A stretch of 62,475 nucleotides of DNA. It comes from a virus. Taxonomy: Duplodnaviria; Caudoviricetes. Position numbers and translations under genes: made by a program. Location of the stretch: the IMG/VR virus record IMGVR_UViG_3300023184_000124, positions 1 to 62,475 of that record, one strand, 5' to 3'. Below the pieces are notes generated by a model. The model saw nothing but the letters and a program-made list of their open reading frames with translations, had not been told where the DNA came from and searched no databases. This document shows positions 1-8,670 of the stretch, piece after piece (positions within the stretch are counted from its first letter, which is position 1; each line of letters opens with the position of its first letter).

Positions 1-3000
1 CTGTGCCCGCAGTAGTTGCTGCACCAGTTAATGCACCTGTAAATGTTGTTGCACTTACGTTACCTGCACTGATATTACCTGTTACTGCTAAACTTGTTAA
101 TGTACCGGTACTTGTTATATTTGGTTGTGCCGCAGTTATTACTGTACCTGCTGTAGTTGCATTACCAGTTAATGCACCTGTAAATGTTGTTGCACTTACG
201 TTACCTGCACTGATATTACCTGTTACTGCTAAACTTGTTAATGTACCAACACTTGTAATATTACTTTGTGCTGCTGCAGTTACTGTATTAGCAGTGTCTG
301 CTGCTAAATTAGCAACTACTGTGGTAGAAGAAACTACAAACGGGGAAAGTCCTCCGTTTGCAACATTTGATATAAATCTACTAGCAGTTACATTACCTGC
401 ACCAATATTACCTGATACGGTTAAACTTGTTAATGTACCAGTACTTGTTATATTTGATTGTGCTGCTGTTGTTAATGTTCCTGTTAATAAAGTACTAGAA
501 ACATTTCCTGCACCAATATTTCCAGTTACTGTTAAGGCACCGGGAATTGCTACTGCACCTGTTGTTTTATTAAAAGTAAATCCTGTGTTTCCTTGGAAAA
601 CAGTAGTATCATTAAACTGTATAGCCTGATTAGAACCTCCCGGAGGACTTCCTGCCAACGATGTAAAAGATAATCCTCCGGATCCGTCTGTAACCAAATA
701 AGTAGATGATGTGCCACCTGTAATATGTAAGTTAGATACTGACCCCAGTGATACATTTCCTGTTCCAGTAAAATTAACAAGCCCGGATGCATTACTTACT
801 GCTAATCCAGTTAATGTTCCGGTACCTGGCACAGCAAATGCACCAGTTGTTTTATTAAATGTGAATCCTGAATTACCGTTTAATGCTAAATCATCATTGA
901 ATTGTATTTGTGTGTTACTCCCGCCAGCAACCGCACTATCTACTCCCCATGATAAATTGCCCAATCCGTCAGTTTTTAAATTATATCCTGCTGTGCCGCC
1001 TGATATATGTAAATTTGCCACTGCACCTAAAGTGACATTTGCTGATGTAGTGAAATTAACTATACCGGTTGCATTACTGATAGTTAGTCCAGTTAATGAA
1101 CCGACTGAAGTTATATTTGGTTGTGCATTAGTAGTTACGGTGCCTGCTGTGGTTGCTGCCCCTGATAATGCACCAACGAATGTAGTTGCAGTAATAGCAT
1201 TATTTGCTAAATTCATTGATATACCAGAACTTGTCAACTCAGTAATATTTCCTGTAGTTGCGTTAGCACCTATCACGTAGGCTGTACCGGTGCCAGGCGC
1301 AGTTACATTGATAAAATCTGCTACATTAGCATAGTCAACATTCAAGTTGGCTACCCGTGTAGTAGATGTTACTGTTAGTGGAGCAGTACCAATTGCTATG
1401 TTTGAGATAAAACGAGTGGCTGTTTCTGTTCCAGATGTGTTTATATTACCAAATGTACCATTACCGATTACAGATAAAGTAGTACCTATATTAGCATTAA
1501 AGGCTATATTAGCAAATCCAGCAGTGATTAAATTCCCACCGGTTATATTTCCTGTTGCAACAATCAATCCAGCAGTACCAAGATTACCAACATTAGCATT
1601 ACCGATTACAGATAAAGTAGTGCCTATATTAGCATTAGAGGCTATATTAGCAAATCCAGCAGTGATTAAATTACCACCGGTTATATTTCCTGTTGCAACA
1701 ATCAATCCAGCAGTGCCTAAGTTACCTACATTGGCATTGCCAACTACAGATAAAGTAGTGCCTATATTCGCATTAGCACCTACATTAGCAAATCCAGCAG
1801 TAATTAAATTACCACCGGTTATATTGCCAGTTGCAATGATAACACCAGTAGTGCCTAAGTTACCAACATTAGCATTACCGAGTACTGATAAAGTAGTACC
1901 TATATTCGCATTAGAGGCTATATTAGCAAATCCAGCAGTAATTAAATTACCACCGGTTATGTTTCCAGTAGCAACAATCAATCCAGCAGTACCAAGATTG
2001 CCGACATTAGCATTACCAATTACATTAGCAGTTCCGGGAATGTTAGCCCCGGTTGAAGTAACTACAAATTGTGCGGTTGCATTGCCGGCGGTAAATGTAG
2101 CGACATTGCCATTCGCAGTAAGAGTTATATTGCTATTACCATTTTGTAGTAACCCACTATTGATCGTAGTGATATTACCTGTAGTGATTATTGCTGTTGA
2201 TGTGCCTAAGTTACCAACATTAGCATTACCAATTACCGATAAAGTAGTGCCTATATTAGCGTTAGCACCAACATTAGCAAATCCGGCAGTGATTAAATTT
2301 CCACCGGTTATGTTACCTGTGGCAATAATCAATCCAGCAGTACCAAGATTACCAACATTAGCATTACCTAGTACCGATAAAGTAGTACCTATATTAGCGT
2401 TAACACCAACATTAGCAAATCCGGCAGTGATTAAATTTCCACCGGTTATGTTACCTGTAGCAATCATAACACCAGCAGTGCCTAAGTTACCTACATTAGC
2501 ATTACCAACTACAGATAAAGTGGTGCCTATATTCGCATTAGCACCAACATTAGCAAATCCGGCAGTAATTAAATTCCCACCGGTTATGTTTCCTGTTGCA
2601 ACAATTACCCCAGCAGTGGTTAAATTTCCGCCGGTTATATTACCTGTTGCAACAATCAATCCAGCAGTACCTAAGTTACCAACATTAGCATTACCGATTA
2701 CAGATAAAGTAGTACCTATATTAGCATTAGCACCAACATTAGCAAATCCAGCAGTGATTAAATTACCGCCGGTTATATTACCTGTTGCAACAATCAATCC
2801 AGCAGTGCCTAAGTTACCAACATTAGCATTACCAATTACCGATAAAGTAGTACCTATATTAGCATTAGCACCAACATTAGCAAATCCGGCAGTGATTAAA
2901 TTCCCACCGGTTATGTTTCCAGTAGCAACAATCAATCCAGCAGTGCCTAGATTACCTACATTAGCATTACCAATTACAGATAAAGTGGTGCCTATATTAG

Positions 3001-4555
3001 CATTAGCACCAACATTAGCAAACCCAGCAGTGATTAAATTCCCACCAGTTATGTTTCCAGTAGCAACAATTAATCCAGCAGTACCAAGATTACCAACATT
3101 AGCATTACCAACTACAGATAAAGTAGTACCTATATTCGCATTAGCACCAACATTAGCAAATCCGGCAGTAATTAAATTCCCGCCGGTTATATTACCTATT
3201 GCAATAATTTCTCCAGTAGTGCCTAAGTTACCAACATTAGCATTACCAATTACATTGGCAGTTCCGGGAATGTTGGCGCCAGTAGCGGTTACAGTCAATT
3301 GACTGGTTGCATTACCTGCAACAAAGTGAGAAATATTAGCACCAGATGCAATTGTAATATTACTTGTACCAAGTTGGATCAATCCACTATTGATAGTAGT
3401 GATATTACCGGTAGTGATTATTGCTGTTGAAGTGCCTAAGTTACCAACATTAGCATTACCTACTACTGATAAAGTAGTACCTATATTCGCATTAGCACCA
3501 ACATTAGCAAATCCAGCAGTGATTAAATTACCACCGGTTATGTTACCTGTGGCAACAATCAATCCAGCAGTACCAAGATTACCAACATTAGCATTACCAA
3601 CTACTGATAAAGTAGTACCTATATTCGCATTAGCACCAACATTAGCAAATCCAGCAGTGATTAAATTTCCGCCGGTTACGTTTCCAGTAGCAACAATTAA
3701 CCCAGCAGTGCCTAGGTTACCAACATTAGCATTACCAATTACCAATAAAGTAGTACCTATGTTAGCATTAGCACCAACATTAGCAAACCCAGCAGTGATT
3801 AAATTCCCACCAGTTATATTACCTGTGGCATTTAATGTACCAGCAACATTAACTCCAGTCCCTGTTACAACTAAAACAGTATTTCCAACTACAGTAGTAG
3901 AGATATTACCATTAGCAGTAAGAGTTATATTGCTATTACCATTTTTTAGTAAACCGCTATTGATAGTGGTGATATTACCAGTAGTGATTATAGCAGTTGC
4001 AGTGCCTAAGTTACCAACATTAGCATTGCCGGTTACCGATAAAGTAGTGCCTGCGCTAAGAGCATTAGTAGCAGATACATTAAATGCAGATACATTTCCG
4101 GTAATTACGATGTTTCCACCAAGAGTTATATTACCAGAAATACCTACATTTGCTAAATTTGAGTTACCAACTACGGATAAATTACCTTGAACATTTGCAT
4201 ATCCCGATAAGTTAATATTTGCCACATTTGCTATATTTGCCGGTAAATCAACATATAGAGTTTGCGATGATGCAGTAATTGAGGTATCTAGTGACCCGTT
4301 TGCATCACGCCCAATACTTAATGTACTAGTATGCACCTGAACGCAAGCAATATTTGCAGTAATGACAACATTTCCGGTAGGAGTACTTACGGTAATACCT
4401 GCACCCTGAGTTCTATTAACAGATATAACAGAGCCTACATCAGCACCTTCAAATAGTTCACCAAAATTATCCTGTACTTTTTGAAAGGCTGTTCTAATTG
4501 CGTCTGCGTCCGGATCATCCGGAAATGTACCAAAATCTATATTTCTTTGTGCCAT
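1..4555 (-). CDS. Large repetitive virion/fiber-like structural protein with gp9/gp10-like N-terminus; 3'-partial, >1,500 aa
   Basis: Not in the ORF track because no stop lies inside the window. ATG at 4555 reads MAQRNIDFGTFPDDPDADAIRTAFQKVQDNFGELF, resembling the 'D..R.AF.K.N.NF' baseplate-attachment motif of T4 gp9/gp10-type proteins. The frame reads to base 1 (...VSATTFTGALTGAATTAGT) and is G/N/A/T/V-rich. GATAAATA late motif at 4573-4580. Confidence 0.85.
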   Translation of the reverse strand, partial: MAQRNIDFGTFPDDPDADAIRTAFQKVQDNFGELFEGADVGSVISVNRTQGAGITVSTPTGNVVITANIACVQVHTSTLSIGRDANGSLDTSITASSQTLYVDLPANIANVANINLSGYANVQGNLSVVGNSNLANVGISGNITLGGNIVITGNVSAFNVSATNALSAGTTLSVTGNANVGNLGTATAIITTGNITTINSGLLKNGNSNITLTANGNISTTVVGNTVLVVTGTGVNVAGTLNATGNITGGNLITAGFANVGANANIGTTLLVIGNANVGNLGTAGLIVATGNVTGGNLITAGFANVGANANIGTTLSVVGNANVGNLGTAGLIVATGNITGGNLITAGFANVGANANIGTTLSVVGNANVGNLGTSTAIITTGNITTINSGLIQLGTSNITIASGANISHFVAGNATSQLTVTATGANIPGTANVIGNANVGNLGTTGEIIAIGNITGGNLITAGFANVGANANIGTTLSVVGNANVGNLGTAGLIVATGNITGGNLITAGFANVGANANIGTTLSVIGNANVGNLGTAGLIVATGNITGGNLITAGFANVGANANIGTTLSVIGNANVGNLGTAGLIVATGNITGGNLITAGFANVGANANIGTTLSVIGNANVGNLGTAGLIVATGNITGGNLTTAGVIVATGNITGGNLITAGFANVGANANIGTTLSVVGNANVGNLGTAGVMIATGNITGGNLITAGFANVGVNANIGTTLSVLGNANVGNLGTAGLIIATGNITGGNLITAGFANVGANANIGTTLSVIGNANVGNLGTSTAIITTGNITTINSGLLQNGNSNITLTANGNVATFTAGNATAQFVVTSTGANIPGTANVIGNANVGNLGTAGLIVATGNITGGNLITAGFANIASNANIGTTLSVLGNANVGNLGTTGVIIATGNITGGNLITAGFANVGANANIGTTLSVVGNANVGNLGTAGLIVATGNITGGNLITAGFANIASNANIGTTLSVIGNANVGNLGTAGLIVATGNITGGNLITAGFANIAFNANIGTTLSVIGNGTFGNINTSGTETATRFISNIAIGTAPLTVTSTTRVANLNVDYANVADFINVTAPGTGTAYVIGANATTGNITELTSSGISMNLANNAITATTFVGALSGAATTAGTVTTNAQPNITSVGSLTGLTISNATGIVNFTTSANVTLGAVANLHISGGTAGYNLKTDGLGNLSWGVDSAVAGGSNTQIQFNDDLALNGNSGFTFNKTTGAFAVPGTGTLTGLAVSNASGLVNFTGTGNVSLGSVSNLHITGGTSSTYLVTDGSGGLSFTSLAGSPPGGSNQAIQFNDTTVFQGNTGFTFNKTTGAVAIPGALTVTGNIGAGNVSSTLLTGTLTTAAQSNITSTGTLTSLTVSGNIGAGNVTASRFISNVANGGLSPFVVSSTTVVANLAADTANTVTAAAQSNITSVGTLTSLAVTGNISAGNVSATTFTGALTGNATTAGTVITAAQPNITSTGTLTSLAVTGNISAGNVSATTFTGALTGAATTAGT
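23..247. repeat. Direct repeat, 84 bp identical, period 141 bp (47 aa)
   Basis: 23-106 equals 164-247 (accagttaatgcacctgtaaatgttgttgcacttacg...aatgtacc). Confidence 0.9.
1455..4050. repeat. Coding tandem array of 138-bp (46-aa) units, roughly 15 copies in three blocks
   Basis: ttaccgattacagataaag occurs at 1461 and 1599 (period 138). The unit encodes approximately GNANVGNLGTAGLIVATGNITGGNLITAGFANVGANANIGTTLSVI on the minus strand. Confidence 0.9.
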
Positions 4556-4572
4556 AAATATACCTTATTAAG

Positions 4573-4580
4573 TATTTATC
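4573..4580 (-). promoter_or_regulatory. Late promoter motif GATAAATA
   Basis: Resembles the T4 gp55 late promoter TATAAATA and lies 17 nt upstream of the 4555 ATG. The motif recurs before most virion genes in the window. Confidence 0.7.
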
Positions 4581-4603
4581 ATTTTACCACAAAGAATAAA
4601 TCC

Positions 4604-4628
4604 AAAAAAATACTCAACTAAATTGAGT
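4604..4628 (-). terminator. Possible weak intrinsic terminator
   Basis: On the minus strand ACTCAA-TTTAG-TTGAGT is followed by ATTTTTTT. The 6-bp stem is AT-rich. Confidence 0.4.
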
Positions 4629-4649
4629 TAATATTAACTAAATAGTTAA

Positions 4650-5078
4650 ATGAAACACTGGCAACCATATATTAAAGCAGGGTGGGAAATTGTTATGGAA
4701 GCCCAAGGTAAAAGTCAGGTGTTTTTAGCATCTGATATGGAAGCTTTTCTAGTACATGTTATCGCTCGTACAATAGATAAACCAAATATTTGGGACCGCC
4801 CTATTGCAATTAAAATACTTGGCGCTCAATCACTTAGTGGAGCACTCAGGGCTACCGCGCTACAATCAATTGGTGAAGAATGTTTATTTATTGACGGATG
4901 GCAAGTAAAGCAAGCACGTTGGCCTACCCAAACTTATTTTATAGATATGGGTGAAATTGCTTTTGGAATGGCTAGCATTAGTACTAGGCCGGCTGATAAA
5001 TTGCTTGAACTGGCAAGTAACAATTTTAAATTAATGAGTGCAATCTTAAAAACTGCACGAACATTAAATGTTACTTAG
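4650..5078 (+). CDS. Hypothetical protein (142 aa), lone plus-strand gene
   Basis: Clean ATG-TAG ORF with helical protein-like composition. CTAAATA lies 5 nt before the ATG. Confidence 0.75.
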   Translation: MKHWQPYIKAGWEIVMEAQGKSQVFLASDMEAFLVHVIARTIDKPNIWDRPIAIKILGAQSLSGALRATALQSIGEECLFIDGWQVKQARWPTQTYFIDMGEIAFGMASISTRPADKLLELASNNFKLMSAILKTARTLNVT

Positions 5079-5337
5079 AATTGGCTGTTATTTGCGCTTC
5101 TTTTTCTAACTGTTCTATTAACGCAGGATAAATGTTTTTATAATATTCATTCATTTTATCCCAATCTTGGTTTAGTGTTTTACCCTCAATAACACATTTA
5201 TCTATCTTTTTTTTAGCATAGTCTAGAATGACATTCATTGTTTGTAAGTCTGCGGGTTTAACTTTTTTAGAAACAGTAATTTGTTCATCAATTTGCCCTC
5301 CCGGTTTTCGTATAAATTGTATTAATAAATATCTCAT
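5071..5337 (-). CDS. Hypothetical protein (88 aa)
   Basis: Start overlaps the clamp-loader stop by 4 nt (ATGA), indicating coupling. Confidence 0.75.
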   Translation of the reverse strand: MRYLLIQFIRKPGGQIDEQITVSKKVKPADLQTMNVILDYAKKKIDKCVIEGKTLNQDWDKMNEYYKNIYPALIEQLEKEAQITANSK

Positions 5338-6260
5338 ATTGTAGTCAATTCACATAAAGTTGCTGCTATCGCTATTTCCGGTATACCTACTAGCGGCAAA
5401 GTAGACAATCCATTTCTAATAATAATAATAGCAGCATCTTTACCTTTATTAGTAGATGACCATAAATCCAAATTAGAATATGCCCAAACATAAATTTCTT
5501 CAATTCGGGTAGGATATAAACTTAAATATTGCATTAATTGTTGTCTACCTTCAATAATTTTACCCGATTTAAACAACTGGGTAGCAGTTATCATTAGTTC
5601 ATTTTCACTAGACCCTTCTGCCTGTGGTGATAATAGTTTACCCGAACTACTGTTTACTTGTAATTGATTTAGACACTTACGCAAATCAGGATAAGTGCCC
5701 CTAACATAATTATCTAATATATCTAACTCAAAATCAATATTTTCAGTTGCTAGTACGGTTGCTGCTCTAGCAGTAAATTCATTTCTATCTGTTTTAGCAA
5801 TATGAAATTCATGACACCTACTTTTTAATGCTGGAATAATTTTATGTTGATAATTACATGTTAGTATAAACCTAGCAGTAGCACTATATTCTTCCATGTC
5901 ATGCCTAAGCATTGCTTGACCAGCCGCAGTTAAATAATCTGCTTCATCAAGTAATACAACCTTAAAGGTTCCATATGGCATTGTTTGAACAAACCCTACA
6001 ATTTTGTTTCGTATTACATCCACCCCGTTTTCACGACTAGCATTAATTTCTAATACATCATAACTTTCCACACCCAATTCATTAATTAGAATTTTTGCTA
6101 GTGTAGTTTTTCCTGTGCCAGGATCTCCGCTTAGTAATAAATTAGGGATACTTTCTTGTTTAATCCAATCTAATACTTGACTGCGTTGCCTGTCATCAAC
6201 AAACACATAATCCGCAGTTGTGTTAGGTCTATATTTTTCTGTCCAAAGGTTATTTTTCAT
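5334..6260 (-). CDS. gp44: Clamp loader AAA+ subunit (T4 gp44 / RFC small subunit-like)
   Basis: WTEKYRP, Walker A GDPGTGKT, NASRENG, Walker B LLDEAD and the SRC motif. Confidence 0.93.
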   Translation of the reverse strand: MKNNLWTEKYRPNTTADYVFVDDRQRSQVLDWIKQESIPNLLLSGDPGTGKTTLAKILINELGVESYDVLEINASRENGVDVIRNKIVGFVQTMPYGTFKVVLLDEADYLTAAGQAMLRHDMEEYSATARFILTCNYQHKIIPALKSRCHEFHIAKTDRNEFTARAATVLATENIDFELDILDNYVRGTYPDLRKCLNQLQVNSSSGKLLSPQAEGSSENELMITATQLFKSGKIIEGRQQLMQYLSLYPTRIEEIYVWAYSNLDLWSSTNKGKDAAIIIIRNGLSTLPLVGIPEIAIAATLCELTTI

Positions 6261-6544
6261 TTTTTCAAAAGTTCAAGGGTAATAATATGTCCAATACTTT
6301 CACCTAAGTTTTCATCTGGTCCCACAATATGTAGTTTAGATTGAGTATGATCAGTCTTACGATCAAACATACAACTTTCCACAATCGTTCCACCAGAGGC
6401 AAAATATATATTCAACCGTAATGGATCGGAGTTAAACTCAGTTATACCATGGTTTCCCCTTCTTGCCGATATTACATTTTTCCTATCCATCGGATAGGAA
6501 TTAGTTCCCAAATTATATAGTTGTCTTTTTATCCAATTAATCAT
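6257..6544 (-). CDS. Hypothetical protein (95 aa)
   Basis: Packed between GroES and the clamp loader with overlapping start/stop codons. Confidence 0.7.
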   Translation of the reverse strand: MINWIKRQLYNLGTNSYPMDRKNVISARRGNHGITEFNSDPLRLNIYFASGGTIVESCMFDRKTDHTQSKLHIVGPDENLGESIGHIITLELLKK

Positions 6545-6909
6545 TAATATACCTTATCACTTAATGTTAAATCATCTACTGGCTCATCACTAATTAAAAG
6601 TACATCATCATTGTCTACTTTACGGATAGTGCGTTCACCGTTTTCATCTTCAATTTTAACACCACGAGTCCATCTACCGTGAGTAATTAGGACATATTGC
6701 CCAATTTGAACATCGGTTTGTTTTGGTCCAATAGCGTAAACTCTTGCCCATCTTGGGCGAATTCCTGCACTTTTCATATCATCATTTAACAATACAATAC
6801 CGCCTGACGTAATTCGCTCGTCAAACTTCATCTCATCTACTAATATTGTATCATTAAGTGGAGTTAATGATCGTATTTTATGAGGGGCAAATGCTAGTTT
6901 CTTTTCCAT
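6544..6909 (-). CDS. groES: Co-chaperonin GroES-like protein
   Basis: LTPLNDTILV, mobile loop ERITSGGIVL, VYAIGP, VQIGQYVL and DDVLLI match the Cpn10 pattern. Confidence 0.88.
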   Translation of the reverse strand: MEKKLAFAPHKIRSLTPLNDTILVDEMKFDERITSGGIVLLNDDMKSAGIRPRWARVYAIGPKQTDVQIGQYVLITHGRWTRGVKIEDENGERTIRKVDNDDVLLISDEPVDDLTLSDKVY

Positions 6910-6910
6910 A

Positions 6911-7258
6911 TTATTTTTTCACATCCATAGCTTTAATTTTTTCAACTGCAATATCATCTTCTAATGCATCTTCTAATTCACGCTCCGAAACAGTTAATGT
7001 CTCATTTAATGCGTTTTGTGCAATCGGGGCATCCACATGTATCTGCTCTCGTAATTTGTTAGCCGATTTATTGCCTACCGTTTTTGAATATATAGAATTT
7101 ACCTTAGTGGTCACAGGGACAATAACTTTCCCAGTAGAATCAATGGTATCACCTCTGGCATTGACCTTCATATTCCCTACGGCTCTAGTACGTTCGTTTT
7201 TTGCTTGAAGCGCACTCATATCAACTAATTTACCTTGTGCTGTTCTGTACTTTGACAT
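6911..7258 (-). CDS. Hypothetical protein (115 aa)
   Basis: ORF with a good SD (AAGGA) in a tightly packed operon. Confidence 0.75.
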   Translation of the reverse strand: MSKYRTAQGKLVDMSALQAKNERTRAVGNMKVNARGDTIDSTGKVIVPVTTKVNSIYSKTVGNKSANKLREQIHVDAPIAQNALNETLTVSERELEDALEDDIAVEKIKAMDVKK

Positions 7259-7267
7259 ATATTTCCT

Positions 7268-7777
7268 TTATTTTAAAAACTCATCAATTGACAATTGATA
7301 ATGTAAACTATTTATTCTGTGGATTCCTATTAGGAATAATACAAAACTAGATACACTACTACCTCTACCCACTCCCCATATAATATTATTTTTACGCATA
7401 ACATCAACTAGATATTTTAAATATTGTAATAATGTAAACATATCTCGTTCTTGGAACATAATTAATTCTTCGCCGGCTCGTTGCAACTCAGGTTCAGAAG
7501 TACATTGTTCTAATACCCATTTAGCAATATCCATACTATAATATTCTTTTGGCATAAACCAAGTTGCTTGGCATATAGAATCAAACTGGGTTACTGATAA
7601 ATCTAATTCAGTGTATACCTTTAAATCGGGTATATTCTCTATTGTCAAACATTCGTTGAATGCTATCGGAGAATCTACTAGTACTACATTATTAAAAATT
7701 TTAGTGGGGTCGTTTAAAAATAAATGACACAAATCTGACTCATTTAAAATTGATTGCCCATATCTATCTATTTTCAT
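7268..7777 (-). CDS. Stand-alone fragment of DNA polymerase III alpha (DnaE-like, GRGS region)
   Basis: RAGEELIMF...YLVDVMRKNNIIWGVGRGSSVSSFVLFLIGIHRINSL...EFLK parallels DnaE RL.YEL...G.GRGS..GSLVAY.LGIT..DP...FERFL. The protein ends before the catalytic PDIDxD motif. Confidence 0.8.
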   Translation of the reverse strand: MKIDRYGQSILNESDLCHLFLNDPTKIFNNVVLVDSPIAFNECLTIENIPDLKVYTELDLSVTQFDSICQATWFMPKEYYSMDIAKWVLEQCTSEPELQRAGEELIMFQERDMFTLLQYLKYLVDVMRKNNIIWGVGRGSSVSSFVLFLIGIHRINSLHYQLSIDEFLK

Positions 7778-7783
7778 AGATTA

Positions 7784-7812
7784 ATATTAACACAAGTCTG
7801 CATGAAAAGCAA
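7784..7812 (-). promoter_or_regulatory. Sigma70-type promoter TTGCTT-17-TAATAT with extended TG
   Basis: -35 at 7807-7812 and -10 at 7784-7789, only 6 nt before the ATG at 7777. Confidence 0.55.
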
Positions 7813-7821
7813 TGTATTTGG

Positions 7822-8424
7822 TTATTTGTCAGTAAAAATAATTTGAGATGTGGGTAATGTTTTTTCTTGCCATTCTAAATTTAAATGAGCCCAATCGTTT
7901 GTTTTTTTGACCAATTTAACTATTTTTTCCTTTTTAGTTTCTCTTTTTGGAAAGTCAACAATTTTAGTATTCAGTTCGTTCCACCAATTGAAAATACCAG
8001 TTGTTAATGGAGTATGTTCTAGTGCAGGACTATATAAAAACTTAATACCATCACTTAATCCAGAACTTAAAGTTATATCAGTTATCAACAATCTTCCTTC
8101 AGTAATTATATTTAATTTAGTTAATAATAATATAGCCAGTAACTGATCATATGGCTCATCTGGAGTAGTAGAAACTTTTAAGTTTGCTGCAATATATTTT
8201 TCAATAACCGCAGTTTCAGTTTGGTGGACAAATACACAATTTTGAAAACAGTCTTCTATCATATAATTTATGCGAGACATTGCAATATTTTGTTCTTTAC
8301 TATCTCCGGTAACCACATGCATTTCTAAAGTTATTTCATAGATGTTCATTAAAAATGTCTCTTCAACATACACTGCTGCTTGAAAAGCAAAATGTTGTTT
8401 TATTCTATGACGCATTGTGTTCAA
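7822..8424 (-). CDS. Hypothetical protein, possible degenerate QueD/PTPS-like T-fold
   Basis: 200-aa ORF (alternative ATG at 8415). Motif spacing resembles QueD but the catalytic His residues are absent (see findings). Confidence 0.7.
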   Translation of the reverse strand: MNTMRHRIKQHFAFQAAVYVEETFLMNIYEITLEMHVVTGDSKEQNIAMSRINYMIEDCFQNCVFVHQTETAVIEKYIAANLKVSTTPDEPYDQLLAILLLTKLNIITEGRLLITDITLSSGLSDGIKFLYSPALEHTPLTTGIFNWWNELNTKIVDFPKRETKKEKIVKLVKKTNDWAHLNLEWQEKTLPTSQIIFTDK

Positions 8425-8425
8425 T

Positions 8426-8659
8426 TTACTTATCCTTGTTTATTTGAATTTTATTATGTATTTCTTGTTTTTTAATCAGTTCATCCATTTGACGATTATA
8501 TTCTACTTTATAACTTTCTATAGCCATGCGTAGTTGATGTATTAATGGTTGATTCAAGATTCTATAAGCAAATGACAATTTGCCCGTTAATTCTGATATA
8601 GTTTTTTGCAACTCGTCTACTGACTTGTCTTTAAGATTAGATATGAATGGGTGTTCCAC
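8426..8659 (-). CDS. Small helical hypothetical protein (77 aa)
   Basis: GTG start 5 nt after a TAAATA motif, with a heptad pattern. Confidence 0.7.
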   Translation of the reverse strand: MEHPFISNLKDKSVDELQKTISELTGKLSFAYRILNQPLIHQLRMAIESYKVEYNRQMDELIKKQEIHNKIQINKDK

Positions 8660-8670
8660 TCATATATTTA

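Noticed and set aside
1455-4050. Repeat array as a CRISPR array
   Set aside because: Units are contiguous, a multiple of 3, vary mainly at synonymous sites and have no unique spacers. No cas genes are present.
3-4190. Long plus-strand ORFs (3-629, 711-1280, 1347-3302, 3390-4190)
   Set aside because: Antisense shadows of the repetitive minus-strand gene. They have P/V/L/A-rich junk composition and non-ATG starts, and the minus frame has a promoter, a start and a recognisable N-terminus.
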